Below, piece after piece: positions 1-10,758 of a stretch of 64,000 nucleotides of DNA; position 1 is the first letter of the stretch; every line of letters starts with the position of its first letter. Both the position numbers and the translations under genes were made by a program. The stretch spans positions 17,271 through 81,270 of the forward strand of contig CACLSX010000001.1 in NCBI GenBank assembly GCA_902609705.1, given 5' to 3'. Below the pieces are notes generated by a model that had not been told where the DNA came from, ran no database searches, and saw only the letters and a list, made by a program, of their open reading frames with translations. Source of the stretch: an uncultured Pelagibacteraceae bacterium (GTDB taxonomy: Bacteria > Pseudomonadota > Alphaproteobacteria > Pelagibacterales > Pelagibacteraceae).

Positions 1-683
1 CAGGTGACATTGCTTGCAATCCATTTAATATTGATGAAGCCATCAAACAAATTGAAGTAGGAGCAACCAATTTATTAAATAAAGTTGGAGGAATAATAAG
101 CCTTGGAGGGGATCACACAATTGCTGTGCCTTTACTTAGAGCAGCCAATAAAAAGAATAAAGGACCTGTATCACTTGTTCATTTTGATGCCCATTTAGAT
201 ACCTGGGATACCTACTTTGGAGCACCATATACGCATGGCACTCCATTTAGAAGAGCTCGTGAGGAAAATTTATTTTTAGATGATGCCTCTATGCATGTAG
301 GTATAAGAGGTCCACTTTATAGCAGAGATGATATAAAAAATGATGAAAGCTTTGGATTTAAAATTATTCATTGTGATGAATTTCAAACAGAAGGAATTGA
401 TATAATCGTTGAAAGAATAAAAAATAGAGTAGGTGATAATGCATTATATTTGTCTATTGATATTGATGTATTAGATCCAGCATTTGCACCAGGCACAGGA
501 ACACCTGAAATTGCAGGAATGACCACAAGAGAAATGGTAAACGTCCTCAGGGGTTTATCAGGCTTAAATTTGATTTCGGCAGATGTAGTTGAAGTTGCGC
601 CTGCTTATGACCACGCAGAAGTTACCTCTCTAGCTGCAGCAACAATTGTTTATGAATTAACAAATTTATTTGCAAAATCATGA
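1..683 (+). CDS. speB: Ureohydrolase (agmatinase/guanidinobutyrase family), 5'-truncated by window edge
   Basis: Frame is open from position 3 (GDIACNPFN...GGDHTIAVP); metal motifs GGDHT, HFDAHLD, SIDIDVLDP and GTGTPE. The ORF-track start at 126 is internal. Substrate not determinable. Confidence 0.8.
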   Translation, partial: GDIACNPFNIDEAIKQIEVGATNLLNKVGGIISLGGDHTIAVPLLRAANKKNKGPVSLVHFDAHLDTWDTYFGAPYTHGTPFRRAREENLFLDDASMHVGIRGPLYSRDDIKNDESFGFKIIHCDEFQTEGIDIIVERIKNRVGDNALYLSIDIDVLDPAFAPGTGTPEIAGMTTREMVNVLRGLSGLNLISADVVEVAPAYDHAEVTSLAAATIVYELTNLFAKS

Positions 684-703
684 AGAAAGGATAATTTGCG
701 CGC

Positions 704-2137
704 ATGATTGAAAAGAGAAATTTTTATATTAATGGTTCATGGGTTCCCCCAAAAAATCCAAAAGATATTGAGGTCATAAATCCAGCAACAGAAAAAAATT
801 GTGCAGTAATTTCTTTAGGCAGTAAGGAGGATATCAATGATGCAGTTTTAGCAGCTAAAGAAGCTTTTAAAACCTGGGGATTTACCTCTAAAGAAGAAAG
901 ATTGTCATTATTAGAAGTTTTTTATTCATTATATAAAAAAAGATGGAATGATATTACAGATGCAATTATTCAAGAGATGGGAGCGCCAAAAGACTTTGCG
1001 TCAAAACTACAAACAGGAACTGGTGCGAGTCATACAAAATCATTTATTCGTTATCTAAAAGAATTTGAATTCGAAAAACCTTTGGGAGATCATGCAAAAA
1101 ATCAAAGAATAATATATGAGCCTAAAGGTGTGTGTGCATTAATAACACCGTGGAACTGGCCAATAAATCAAGTTACTTTAAAAGTCATTCCTGCATTGGC
1201 CTCTGGTTGTACCATGATTTTAAAACCTTCAGAACTAGCACCTTTATCCGCGATGATTATAGCTGAGTTAATAGATGAAGCAAAATTTCCGAAAGGTGTT
1301 TTTAATTTAGTAAATGGAGATGGGGAAATAACTGGAGATGCATTAACAAGTCATCCAGATGTAAATATGATCTCATTCACTGGCTCTACAAGAGCAGGGG
1401 CTTTAATTTCTCAAAATGCCGCAAAGGACTTTAAAAGAGTAAGTCTGGAACTAGGAGGAAAAGGTGCAAATATTATATTTGAAGATGCTGACGCTGAAGC
1501 AATAGAAAGAGGTGCATTTAGATGTTTTAGAAATTCGGGACAATCATGTAATGCCCCTACAAGAATGCTTGTTGAAAAATCAATTTATAATGAAGCGATA
1601 GAAAGACTAAGAAAATATGCAAATGAATTTAAAGTAGATGATCCAAATAAAAATGGAGAGCATATTGGTCCTGTAATTTCTGAAACTCAATTCAATAAAA
1701 TTCAAGGTTTAATTCAAAAAGGAATAGATGAAGGAGCAAAATTAGTTGCAGGTGGAGTTGGAAAGCCAAACGGATTAAATGATGGTTATTATGTAAAACC
1801 GACAGTTTTTGCAGATGTAAAAAATGAAATGGAAATTGCAAGAACAGAAATATTTGGTCCTGTTTTATCTGTTATTCCATTTGAAACTGAAGAAGAGGCA
1901 ATTAAAATTGCAAATGATACTGATTATGGATTAACAAACTATATTCAAACTCAAGATAAGGAAAAGGTACAAAGAGTTGCCAGAAAACTTAGATCTGGAA
2001 TGGTTGATGTAAATGGTGCTGGTATTGCAGTTGATGCACCTTTTGGAGGTTTCAAACATTCTGGAATTGGAAGGGAAGCAGGTAAAGAAGGATTGCTTGA
2101 ATTTCTAGAAGTTAAATCTGTAGGTGGTTGGAATTAA
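704..2137 (+). CDS. NAD-dependent aldehyde dehydrogenase
   Basis: ITPWNWP, FTGS, LELGGKG, catalytic Cys in NSGQSC, EIFGPV, PFGGFKHSG. Confidence 0.92.
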   Translation: MIEKRNFYINGSWVPPKNPKDIEVINPATEKNCAVISLGSKEDINDAVLAAKEAFKTWGFTSKEERLSLLEVFYSLYKKRWNDITDAIIQEMGAPKDFASKLQTGTGASHTKSFIRYLKEFEFEKPLGDHAKNQRIIYEPKGVCALITPWNWPINQVTLKVIPALASGCTMILKPSELAPLSAMIIAELIDEAKFPKGVFNLVNGDGEITGDALTSHPDVNMISFTGSTRAGALISQNAAKDFKRVSLELGGKGANIIFEDADAEAIERGAFRCFRNSGQSCNAPTRMLVEKSIYNEAIERLRKYANEFKVDDPNKNGEHIGPVISETQFNKIQGLIQKGIDEGAKLVAGGVGKPNGLNDGYYVKPTVFADVKNEMEIARTEIFGPVLSVIPFETEEEAIKIANDTDYGLTNYIQTQDKEKVQRVARKLRSGMVDVNGAGIAVDAPFGGFKHSGIGREAGKEGLLEFLEVKSVGGWN

Positions 2138-3321
2138 TTTATAGATTTATCTTTTACACCTTTTAAAAAGTCTAGGCATTTTTTTAATTCACTAAGTTCT
2201 ATATATTCATCAATTTTATGAGCCTGTTCAATCGAACCAGGTCCACAAACTACAGTGCTAATACCAACTTCTTGAAAGAGTCCAGCCTCTGTTCCAAACG
2301 AAACAGCTTCTCTTGAATTGTCACCAGTTATACTAGAAACAAATTCACAAGCTTCGGAATCGTTTAATCTATTAAATCCAACTACTTCGCCTATAATTTC
2401 TTTTTTAATATAAGCATCTGAAAAAACTTTTTTCATTTCTGGCAATAATTCTTTATCAACATAATCGTTTATTATTTGATTTACAAAATCTCCATCTTCT
2501 CTGACCACTGGTCTAGTTTCCCATTCAACTTTACATTTATCAGCGATAACATTATGAGCTATACCACCTGAAACTCCACCAACTGATAATGTAGAATATG
2601 GTGGATTAAATATACAATCTTTAGGAGCTCTATCTTTTAGTTTTGATCTAATTTCTAGTAATTTATTTACGTACCTCGATGCATATTCAACTGCATTAAC
2701 ACCCTGGCCTGGTTTAGAACTATGACCAGCTAAACCTCCAAAGTGAACTGTATATTCATTCATACCTTTATGGGCATCAATGATTTTCATATTGGTTGGT
2801 TCACCAATAATGCAAATTCCATCTTTAATATCTCTTTTTTTTAATTCTTTTATTAATAATGGTGCACCAATGCATGCAGTTTCTTCATCGAATGTAAATG
2901 AAAAGTGAATATCTCTATCTAAATTATTTTCTCTAAATACAGGAGCATATGCTAGAGCACATGCAATAAAACCTTTCATATCACAAGAACCTCTCCCAAA
3001 TAATTTCTCATTTTTTATAGTTGCAACAAATGGATCAGTAGACCAGCCTTTTGAAACCGGGACTACATCTGTATGACCTGAAAGAATAATAGGTTTTTTA
3101 CCATTTCCATTTTTAGATTTTAAAGAAGCAAAAAGATTAACTCTTTTTTTATCTCCATCAAAAATTCTAAATGAAGTTGCTCCTAAATTTTTTAAAATAT
3201 CATCACAATAATTAATGAGACTATTATTATCGTTTCCAGAAATAGTTTTGAAAGCAATCAAATCTGTCAATATTCGTATCGAATCTTTATAAATTTTATC
3301 AGGATTATTTTCTGTACTCAT
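2134..3321 (-). CDS. argE: Acetylornithine deacetylase (M20 family)
   Basis: LSGHTDVVP, GRGSCDMKG, DEE, GEPT, GHSS, CGPGSIEQAH. Confidence 0.85.
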   Translation of the reverse strand: MSTENNPDKIYKDSIRILTDLIAFKTISGNDNNSLINYCDDILKNLGATSFRIFDGDKKRVNLFASLKSKNGNGKKPIILSGHTDVVPVSKGWSTDPFVATIKNEKLFGRGSCDMKGFIACALAYAPVFRENNLDRDIHFSFTFDEETACIGAPLLIKELKKRDIKDGICIIGEPTNMKIIDAHKGMNEYTVHFGGLAGHSSKPGQGVNAVEYASRYVNKLLEIRSKLKDRAPKDCIFNPPYSTLSVGGVSGGIAHNVIADKCKVEWETRPVVREDGDFVNQIINDYVDKELLPEMKKVFSDAYIKKEIIGEVVGFNRLNDSEACEFVSSITGDNSREAVSFGTEAGLFQEVGISTVVCGPGSIEQAHKIDEYIELSELKKCLDFLKGVKDKSIN

Positions 3322-3346
3322 TTACAAATCATTATATATTAAATTT

Positions 3347-3688
3347 ATGAAAGAACAAATTACGTATGAAGATTTTGATAAAGTAGATATTAGATTGGGA
3401 ACAATTATTTCTGTAAGAAAAAATGAAAAAGCAAGAAAACCTTCATTAGTTGTAGAAGTTGATTTTGGAGAAAAGATAGGGATAAAACAATCTTCAGCTC
3501 AAATTACTCATTATTACAATGAAGAGAATCTTAAAGGAAAACAAGTAATTGGTGTTTGTAATTTTGCAGAAAAAAATATTGCAGGAGTTGTATCACAAGT
3601 ATTAATTCTCGGAGCTATAGATGCAGAAGGTAGAGTAACTTTAGTTCATCCATCTCAAGAAGCAGAGAATGGATTACCAATTGCTTAA
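3347..3688 (+). CDS. csaA: CsaA-like tRNA-binding/export chaperone (OB fold)
   Basis: DFDKVDIRLGTI, SSAQIT, NFAEKNIAG..SQVLILG. Confidence 0.85.
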   Translation: MKEQITYEDFDKVDIRLGTIISVRKNEKARKPSLVVEVDFGEKIGIKQSSAQITHYYNEENLKGKQVIGVCNFAEKNIAGVVSQVLILGAIDAEGRVTLVHPSQEAENGLPIA

Positions 3689-4279
3689 ATGCATCCAGAA
3701 CTATTATCATTAAGTTTATTTTTTTTTGTTACCAGTTGCTCACCTGGCCCAAATAATATTGTTGCATCTCATTCAGGTTTTAATCATGGAGTAAAAAAAA
3801 CCATACCTCTAATGTTAGGTGTTATATTTGGTTTTACTTCAATGTTATCTTTAGTCAATTTTGGGCTCATTAACATTTTTAAATTATACCCAATAATTCA
3901 AAAAATTTTAGTTTTCACAGGGTCTGCATTTTTAGTTTATTTGGCTTACAGAATTTCATTTTCCAAATCTTCTAACCAAAAAGAAAAACTAGAACCTGTT
4001 AAATTTATAGAAACATTTCTTTTTCAATTCTTAAATCCTAAAGGAGTAATCGTTGCTATTATTGCAGTATCAACTTATATCGAATCTGGAGATAACTTTT
4101 TTACTTATTCTTTCTGGCTCCTAACTTCTGCCTTTTTCTTTGCTATATTTAGTATCTTATTTTGGACTTTAATTGGTAAATTTATGAGAAAATTCGCGAC
4201 AAATGAGAAATTTATTAAATGGTTCAATTATGTTATGTCAGCGCTTTTATTAGGCTGCATAGCTACATTTTATTATTAA
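3689..4279 (+). CDS. LysE/RhtB family amino-acid exporter
   Basis: SPGPNN, FQFLNPKG, about six hydrophobic segments. Confidence 0.88.
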   Translation: MHPELLSLSLFFFVTSCSPGPNNIVASHSGFNHGVKKTIPLMLGVIFGFTSMLSLVNFGLINIFKLYPIIQKILVFTGSAFLVYLAYRISFSKSSNQKEKLEPVKFIETFLFQFLNPKGVIVAIIAVSTYIESGDNFFTYSFWLLTSAFFFAIFSILFWTLIGKFMRKFATNEKFIKWFNYVMSALLLGCIATFYY

Positions 4280-4281
4280 AT

Positions 4282-6951
4282 ATGAAACCAGGAGACAAAA
4301 ACTCGTTCAATTCGTTAACTAAAATTTTAGTTAACGGCAAAAGTTATAATTTTTACTCACTGAAAGAGGCTGAGAAAAATGGTTTAGCGGGTATATCAAA
4401 GCTTCCAAAATCATTGAAGGTCTTACTTGAGAATTTGTTAAGATTTGAAGACGATATAACGGTTAATAAAAAACAAATTGAAGCTATTAAAGATTGGTTA
4501 AAATCTAAAAGTTCTAATACAGAAATTGCATATAGGCCTGCGAGAGTTTTACTTCAAGATTATACTGGAATTCCAGCGGTTGCAGATTTAGCTGCAATGA
4601 GAGAGGCTGTAAAAGAAAAAAATAAAGATCCAAGTACTATCAATCCATTATCATCAGTTGATTTGGTAATTGATCACTCTGTACAAGTAGATAAATTTGC
4701 AAATAAAAATTCATTAAAAGAAAATGTTGATATTGAATTTAATCGGAATGCTGAAAGATATTCTTTTCTCAAATGGGGGCAACAAGCATTCAATAATTTT
4801 AGAATAGTTCCACCGGGAACTGGAATATGTCATCAAGTTAATTTGGAATACCTTTCAAAAGTTGTTTGGAATGAAAAATATAAAGGTGAAGAATATATAT
4901 TTCCAGATACTTTAGTTGGAACAGATAGTCATACAACTATGGTAAACGGCCTATCGGTTTTGGGCTGGGGCGTAGGCGGAATTGAAGCTGAAGCTGGAAT
5001 GTTAGGTCAACCTATTTCGATGTTAATACCTGAAGTTATTGGGTTTGAAATGAAATCAAAAATGCCAGAAGGCACAACAGCAACTGATCTTGTTTTAACT
5101 GTAGTTAAAATGTTGAGAGACAAAGGAGTTGTGGGAAAGTTTGTCGAATTCTATGGCGAAGGACTAAAAAATCTGACTTTAGCAGATAGGGCTACCATAG
5201 CAAATATGGCACCTGAGTATGGTGCAACTTGTGGTTTTTTCCCAATAGATGACGAGACTTTAAAATATTTAAAATTCTCAGGAAGAGATGATCAAAATGT
5301 TGAAATTGTAAAACAGTATGCTCAAGAACAAGGACTTTGGGCAAGTTTAGATGTAGAGTTTACAGACACTCTATCTTTAGATATGTCAACTATAGTGCCG
5401 ACTATTTCAGGACCAAAACGTCCCCAAGATAAAGTTTTGCTAACTAATGCATCATCAAATTTTAAAAAAGTGTTTTCAGAAGTTACTAAAAAAGAAGAGC
5501 CAAATATTTATAATGTTGAAAAAGAAGAATTTAAAATAACTGATGGTGATGTTTTAATTGCTGCAATCACTTCTTGCACTAATACCTCTAATCCAAGTGT
5601 ACTAATTGGAGCAGGTTTGCTTGCAAAAAATGCAATTGAAAAAGGTTTAATGACTAAGCCTTGGGTAAAAACATCTTTGGCACCTGGATCACAAGTAGTT
5701 ACAGATTATCTAGAAAAAGCTGGGCTAAATATTTATTTAGATAAGTTAGGTTTTAATTTAGTTGGTTATGGATGTACCACTTGTATTGGTAATTCAGGTC
5801 CATTAGCCGGTAATATCTCAGATTCCATAAAAAATAATAATATTTATGCTGTCTCGGTTTTATCTGGAAACAGAAACTTTGAAGGAAGAATTTCACCTTT
5901 AATAAAAGCAAATTATTTAGCGTCTCCGCCATTAGTCGTTGCTTATGCAATAGCAGGAACTATGAGATTTGATTTGTATAAGGAATCATTAGGTAAAGAT
6001 AAAAATGGTAAAGATATTTTTTTAAAAGATATATGGCCATCTAACAAAGAAATTGAAGAAACATTGAGAAATTCATTAAATGCAGAAATGTTTATAAAAA
6101 GATACTCAAATGTTTCTCAAGGACCAGAACAATGGCAAAAAATTAAAACAGAGGAAACCAATATTTATAATTGGGAAGATAATTCAACATACGTAAAAAA
6201 ACCTCCGTTTTTTGACAACCTTCCTGATAAACCTGAAGGATTTAAAGAAATTAAGGATGCGAGACCACTATTAATATTGGGTGATAGCATTACCACTGAT
6301 CATATTTCACCTGCTGGATCAATTCAAAAAGATAGTCCAACTGGAGAATATTTTATGAAACATCAAATACTCCCTAAAGACTATAATTCCTATGGAGCAA
6401 GAAGAGGCAATCATGAGGTTATGATGAGAGGGACTTTTGCTAATATAAGAATTAGAAATGAAATGGCACCTGGCACTGAAGGTGGTTTTACAAAGTTACA
6501 CCCTGAGGAAAAAGTAATGCCAGTTTATGATGCAGTTGTTGAATATAAAAAAAGAGGTACAGATTTAGTTGTAATTGGTGGTAAAGAGTATGGAACTGGT
6601 TCTTCAAGAGATTGGGCGGCCAAAGGAACTAAACTTTTAGGTGTAAAAGCTGTTTTTGCAGAAAGTTTTGAGAGAATTCATAGATCAAATCTTATTGGAA
6701 TGGGTATACTACCATTACAGTTTGAAGATGGAATAAATAGAACTAATCTAAAATTAGATGGATCAGAATTATTTTCTATAATTGACTTAGAAAAAGGTAT
6801 AGATCCTAGAGATGAAGTTGATGTTGAAATCAAATATGGCTCTGGAGACATCAAGAGAATTAAAATGTTAAGTAGAATAGATACTAAGAACGAATTAGAG
6901 TATTACAAAAATGGTGGAATTTTACAATATGTACTTAGGAACATGATTTAA
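4282..6951 (+). CDS. acnA: Aconitate hydratase A
   Basis: QDYTGIPAVADLAAMR, GTDSHT, SCTNTSNP, GYGCTTCIGNSG, GSSRDWAAKG; start moved to ATG 4282 (MKPGDK) just after the LysE stop. Confidence 0.97.
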   Translation: MKPGDKNSFNSLTKILVNGKSYNFYSLKEAEKNGLAGISKLPKSLKVLLENLLRFEDDITVNKKQIEAIKDWLKSKSSNTEIAYRPARVLLQDYTGIPAVADLAAMREAVKEKNKDPSTINPLSSVDLVIDHSVQVDKFANKNSLKENVDIEFNRNAERYSFLKWGQQAFNNFRIVPPGTGICHQVNLEYLSKVVWNEKYKGEEYIFPDTLVGTDSHTTMVNGLSVLGWGVGGIEAEAGMLGQPISMLIPEVIGFEMKSKMPEGTTATDLVLTVVKMLRDKGVVGKFVEFYGEGLKNLTLADRATIANMAPEYGATCGFFPIDDETLKYLKFSGRDDQNVEIVKQYAQEQGLWASLDVEFTDTLSLDMSTIVPTISGPKRPQDKVLLTNASSNFKKVFSEVTKKEEPNIYNVEKEEFKITDGDVLIAAITSCTNTSNPSVLIGAGLLAKNAIEKGLMTKPWVKTSLAPGSQVVTDYLEKAGLNIYLDKLGFNLVGYGCTTCIGNSGPLAGNISDSIKNNNIYAVSVLSGNRNFEGRISPLIKANYLASPPLVVAYAIAGTMRFDLYKESLGKDKNGKDIFLKDIWPSNKEIEETLRNSLNAEMFIKRYSNVSQGPEQWQKIKTEETNIYNWEDNSTYVKKPPFFDNLPDKPEGFKEIKDARPLLILGDSITTDHISPAGSIQKDSPTGEYFMKHQILPKDYNSYGARRGNHEVMMRGTFANIRIRNEMAPGTEGGFTKLHPEEKVMPVYDAVVEYKKRGTDLVVIGGKEYGTGSSRDWAAKGTKLLGVKAVFAESFERIHRSNLIGMGILPLQFEDGINRTNLKLDGSELFSIIDLEKGIDPRDEVDVEIKYGSGDIKRIKMLSRIDTKNELEYYKNGGILQYVLRNMI

Positions 6952-7595
6952 TGGATGAAGATATTGAAATAATAAATACCCAAACACGTAATGAAAAAAT
7001 TAAAAACTTTTTCATAAATAATAAAAATTCTTTAATTTCGATATTAGTAATAATTATTTTGGCTTTAATTGGCTACTTTTCTTTTGATGAATATCAATCT
7101 AGCAAAAGAGAAAAATTAGCTGATAAATACGACTTAGCTGTAATAAGATATGAAGCCGATAATAAATATAATGTGATCCCGGATCTTAAAGAGGTGATTA
7201 ATGCTAAAGACAAAACATATTCTCCTCTAGCATTTTATTTTTTGCTAGATAACGATTTGATAAATTCAAAAGATGAAATTAACAATTATTTTGATATTTT
7301 AATTAATGATATTGGCTTGGATAAAAAGTTTAAAGAGCTAACAATCTTTAAAAAAGGGCTATATAATTCAGATTTTTCAGATGAAAATGAATTGTTAGCT
7401 ATTTTCAATCCTTTAATCAGAGCAGATAGTATATGGAAACCGCATAGTCTTTATATTATGGCAGAATATTATTTATCAAAAAATCAAATGCAAAAGTCAA
7501 AAGAATTTTTTGAGCAAATAGTTAGTCTTGAAAATAACAACTCTAAAATAAAAACCAAAGCTCAAAAAAGGCTAAGATCTAGTTTCAGTGAGTAG
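6951..7595 (+). CDS. YfgM-like membrane-anchored TPR protein
   Basis: N-terminal TM segment followed by helical repeats; directly upstream of the bamB-like gene as in yfgM-bamB synteny. Confidence 0.55.
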   Translation: MDEDIEIINTQTRNEKIKNFFINNKNSLISILVIIILALIGYFSFDEYQSSKREKLADKYDLAVIRYEADNKYNVIPDLKEVINAKDKTYSPLAFYFLLDNDLINSKDEINNYFDILINDIGLDKKFKELTIFKKGLYNSDFSDENELLAIFNPLIRADSIWKPHSLYIMAEYYLSKNQMQKSKEFFEQIVSLENNNSKIKTKAQKRLRSSFSE

Positions 7596-8856
7596 GATAG
7601 TATTATATTTCGTCTTTTTACTTTTATTATCAAGTTGTGGTCAAAGTGATAAATCTGTAGAAAATACTAATTCTAAAATTTTATTTGAAGAAATTAAACC
7701 AATTCAACAACAATTAAATCCCAATACACAAATAAATCTATCTAAATTTGTTAAAGATAATAGTTTTATAAATAATAATACAAATAATAATGGAAATATA
7801 AACTTTGAGCCAACATTTGAAAAAAAGAAAACGTTTAAATTTTCAAAGATTAAACAGTTTAATTCAATCGATACAGATATTTTATTTATCGAAAATAATG
7901 ATCTAATTTATTTTGATAATAAAGGAATGATATTAAGAATTAATGAAAAATTTGAAACTTTGTGGAAAGCAAATCATTACTCAAAGAAAGAGAGAAAACT
8001 TAATCCAATATTATATTTTAATTATATAGATAATAAAATTATTGTTGCTGATACTCTTTCAAATATTTTTTCATTAAATTTAGATAATGGGGAACTAAAT
8101 TGGAAGAAGGACAGTCTATCTCCATTTAATTCTAATATTGCCATAAAAAATGATAAATTTGTTACTGTTGATTTTGATAATGTAATTAGATGTTTCTCAA
8201 TAGTAGATGGAAATGAACTATGGAATTTTAAAACAGAAAACACATTTATAAAATCATTAAAAAAATTATCTGTAATTATCAAAGATGACATTGTTTATTC
8301 ACTTAATAATTTGGGTGATCTTACTGCATTAAATATTAATGATGGGAGTTTAGTTTGGCAAACACCTACTCAGAGCAACGAAATATTCTTAAATGCATTT
8401 AGTCTAAAAAATTCAGAAATGATTTTAAATAATGAAACAATATATTTTTCAAATAACAAAAATGAGTTATTCTCAATTGACACAAGAACTGGCATAGTAA
8501 AATGGAAACAAACTGTAAATTCCAGTTTAAAGCCTACGATTTCTGAAAATTATATTTTTAACATTTCTGAGGAAGGATATTTATTTGTAATTGATACTGA
8601 GACTGGAAATATAATCAGGATAACTGATGTTTTCTCAACATTTAAAAAAAGAGAAAAAGTTAAACCAGTAGGCTTTGTTATTGCTAAAAATAAAATTTAT
8701 CTGTCTACCGATAACGGACGAATTTTGATTATTAATTTAACTAATTCTAAAACAGAGAAAGTAATTAAATTTAATAATGAAAAAATATCGAGGCCATTTA
8801 TTAATAATGCTAATATTTTTTTAATTAAAAATAATGGAATTATAAGATCAAATTAA
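7588..8856 (+). CDS. bamB: BamB-like PQQ-repeat beta-propeller lipoprotein
   Basis: Lipobox LLSSC; repeated G.L.W motifs (DNGELNW, DGNELW, DGSLVW, TGIVKW); GTG start. Confidence 0.65.
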   Translation: MSRIVLYFVFLLLLSSCGQSDKSVENTNSKILFEEIKPIQQQLNPNTQINLSKFVKDNSFINNNTNNNGNINFEPTFEKKKTFKFSKIKQFNSIDTDILFIENNDLIYFDNKGMILRINEKFETLWKANHYSKKERKLNPILYFNYIDNKIIVADTLSNIFSLNLDNGELNWKKDSLSPFNSNIAIKNDKFVTVDFDNVIRCFSIVDGNELWNFKTENTFIKSLKKLSVIIKDDIVYSLNNLGDLTALNINDGSLVWQTPTQSNEIFLNAFSLKNSEMILNNETIYFSNNKNELFSIDTRTGIVKWKQTVNSSLKPTISENYIFNISEEGYLFVIDTETGNIIRITDVFSTFKKREKVKPVGFVIAKNKIYLSTDNGRILIINLTNSKTEKVIKFNNEKISRPFINNANIFLIKNNGIIRSN

Positions 8857-9287
8857 TGTTATTAAAATTTTTAGAAAAAATTGGAAGAAAAAAAGTAGTT
8901 TTAGATAGAGGACCCTCTCACCCAAAATTTAATGAAGCCAAACCATGGATGAATAGATATTATTTATTATTTAGGAATAGACCAAAATGGTTTCCATTTA
9001 ATATATTAATTCATGAAATGTTGGATGATGATCATGGGGATGGAGTTCATAATCATCTATTCCCTTATATTACAATAATTTTGAGAGGCGGTTATTGGGA
9101 AACTACTAAAAAAGGCAAATTCTGGAGAAAACCTGGATATATTGGATTTAGATCAGCCAATGCATATCATAGAGTAGACCTTGAGCCAGGAACAAGGCCA
9201 ATGACAATTTTTATCTCTGGACCTTTTGGATTAAGAAAAGGACCAAGATCAGAATACGGTATCGATTTTAATTCAAAAAAGAGTTAA
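8856..9287 (+). CDS. Cupin-like hypothetical protein
   Basis: HNH...IILRGGYWE...HRV pattern resembling a cupin metal site; TAATG overlaps at both ends. Confidence 0.55.
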   Translation: MLLKFLEKIGRKKVVLDRGPSHPKFNEAKPWMNRYYLLFRNRPKWFPFNILIHEMLDDDHGDGVHNHLFPYITIILRGGYWETTKKGKFWRKPGYIGFRSANAYHRVDLEPGTRPMTIFISGPFGLRKGPRSEYGIDFNSKKS

Positions 9288-10342
9288 TGCAAAAAAGTTT
9301 TGTTAAAGAGTTTAAACTTTACTGCAAAAAAAAAAATAAAGATGTTAATTCGCATCAGATAAAACTTATAAAAAAATTAGAAGAATATTATAAATTAAAC
9401 TACAAATCATTTATCTCAAAAATTTTATCAAAAAAAAATTATAAAAAAGGCTTTTATCTTTATGGAGATGTTGGTGTCGGCAAAACCATGATATTAGATT
9501 TTTTTTTCAACTTAGTTGAGGGTAAAAAATTAAAACTTCACTTCAATGAGTTTATGCTTAGCTTTCATGATTTTGTACACCAATCCAAAGATAAAAATAA
9601 TGAAAATAAAATAAGTAATTTTGTGAAAAAATTAAAATCGAAAGCAAAATTAATATATTTTGACGAGTTTCAAGTTACAAATATAGTAGATGCAATGATA
9701 CTTGGAAAATTATTTGATGAAATATTTAAAGAAGATTTAAAAATTATTGTAACTTCTAATATAAAAATCGAAAATTTGTATAAAGATGGGTTACAAAGAG
9801 ATCAATTCAAACCTTTTATAAAAATAATGCAAAAGCAATCATTTGAATATCAATTAAATATAGACGATGATTATAGAAAGTCCAAAGGCAATAAAACTCA
9901 AAGATATTATTCACCTTTAAATCAAGAAAACAATTTTAAATTAAACAAATTATTTAGAGTTATGACTAAAGATAAGGTTTTAAAAGAAAAGATTTTAAAC
10001 ATTAAAGGAAGAAAATTTATATTAAAAAATTTTTATGATGGAATTGTTCGATTAACTTTTAAAGAAGTATGTGATAAAAATTTAGGATCAGAAGATTATA
10101 TTAAAATAGTAAAAAATTGTTTTTTTATAGTTATGGAAAATGTACCAGCATTTAATGATTTAAATTCAAATCAACAACAAAGATTTATTACTTTTTTAGA
10201 CATCGTGTATGATCAAAATATACCTATAGCCATTAGTGCAGAACAAAATATTGATAAACTTACATCATCAAGATTATTAGAAAAACCATTTAAGCGAACC
10301 ATTAGCCGATTATATGAACTAACATCTAAAAAGTATTTATGA
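9287..10342 (+). CDS. zapE: ZapE/AFG1-family ATPase
   Basis: Walker A GDVGVGKT, HFNEFM, FDEFQVTNIVDAMIL, TSN, LYKDGLQR, RTISRL. Confidence 0.9.
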   Translation: MQKSFVKEFKLYCKKKNKDVNSHQIKLIKKLEEYYKLNYKSFISKILSKKNYKKGFYLYGDVGVGKTMILDFFFNLVEGKKLKLHFNEFMLSFHDFVHQSKDKNNENKISNFVKKLKSKAKLIYFDEFQVTNIVDAMILGKLFDEIFKEDLKIIVTSNIKIENLYKDGLQRDQFKPFIKIMQKQSFEYQLNIDDDYRKSKGNKTQRYYSPLNQENNFKLNKLFRVMTKDKVLKEKILNIKGRKFILKNFYDGIVRLTFKEVCDKNLGSEDYIKIVKNCFFIVMENVPAFNDLNSNQQQRFITFLDIVYDQNIPIAISAEQNIDKLTSSRLLEKPFKRTISRLYELTSKKYL

Positions 10343-10758
10343 GACAAGAATTTTTTTATCTTGAACTTAAAACAAATGGTCAAAAATTATATGAATTTAC
10401 CGATCAAACGATAGACTGGATAAATAAAAATAATTTTAATAATGGTATTTTAAATTTAAGCATACAGCACACTAGTGCATCTTTAATTGTTCAAGAAAAT
10501 GCTGATCCTGATGTTCAATCAGATTTAATTAATTATTTTGATAAAATTGCTCCAATGGATAATAAATTATATATTCATACAATAGAAGGTAAGGACGATA
10601 TGCCAGCTCATATAAAGTCAGCTTTAACTAACAATCAAATAACCCTCAGTATAAAAAACAAACAACTTTTGTTAGGAACTTGGCAAGGAATTTACCTTTT
10701 TGAACATAGGTTAGCTTCTACAAAAAGGCTTATTATTCACCATTTTATTGGAGATTAA
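10339..10758 (+). CDS. yjbQ: YjbQ/UPF0047 family protein
   Basis: HTSASL..QENADPDV, DDMPAHIK, LGTWQGIYLFEHR. Confidence 0.9.
   Translation: MRQEFFYLELKTNGQKLYEFTDQTIDWINKNNFNNGILNLSIQHTSASLIVQENADPDVQSDLINYFDKIAPMDNKLYIHTIEGKDDMPAHIKSALTNNQITLSIKNKQLLLGTWQGIYLFEHRLASTKRLIIHHFIGD

Noticed and set aside
4219-4281. ORF-track N-terminal extension of acnA
   Set aside because: It overlaps the LysE gene by about 60 nt; ATG 4282 right after the LysE stop gives a normal AcnA start
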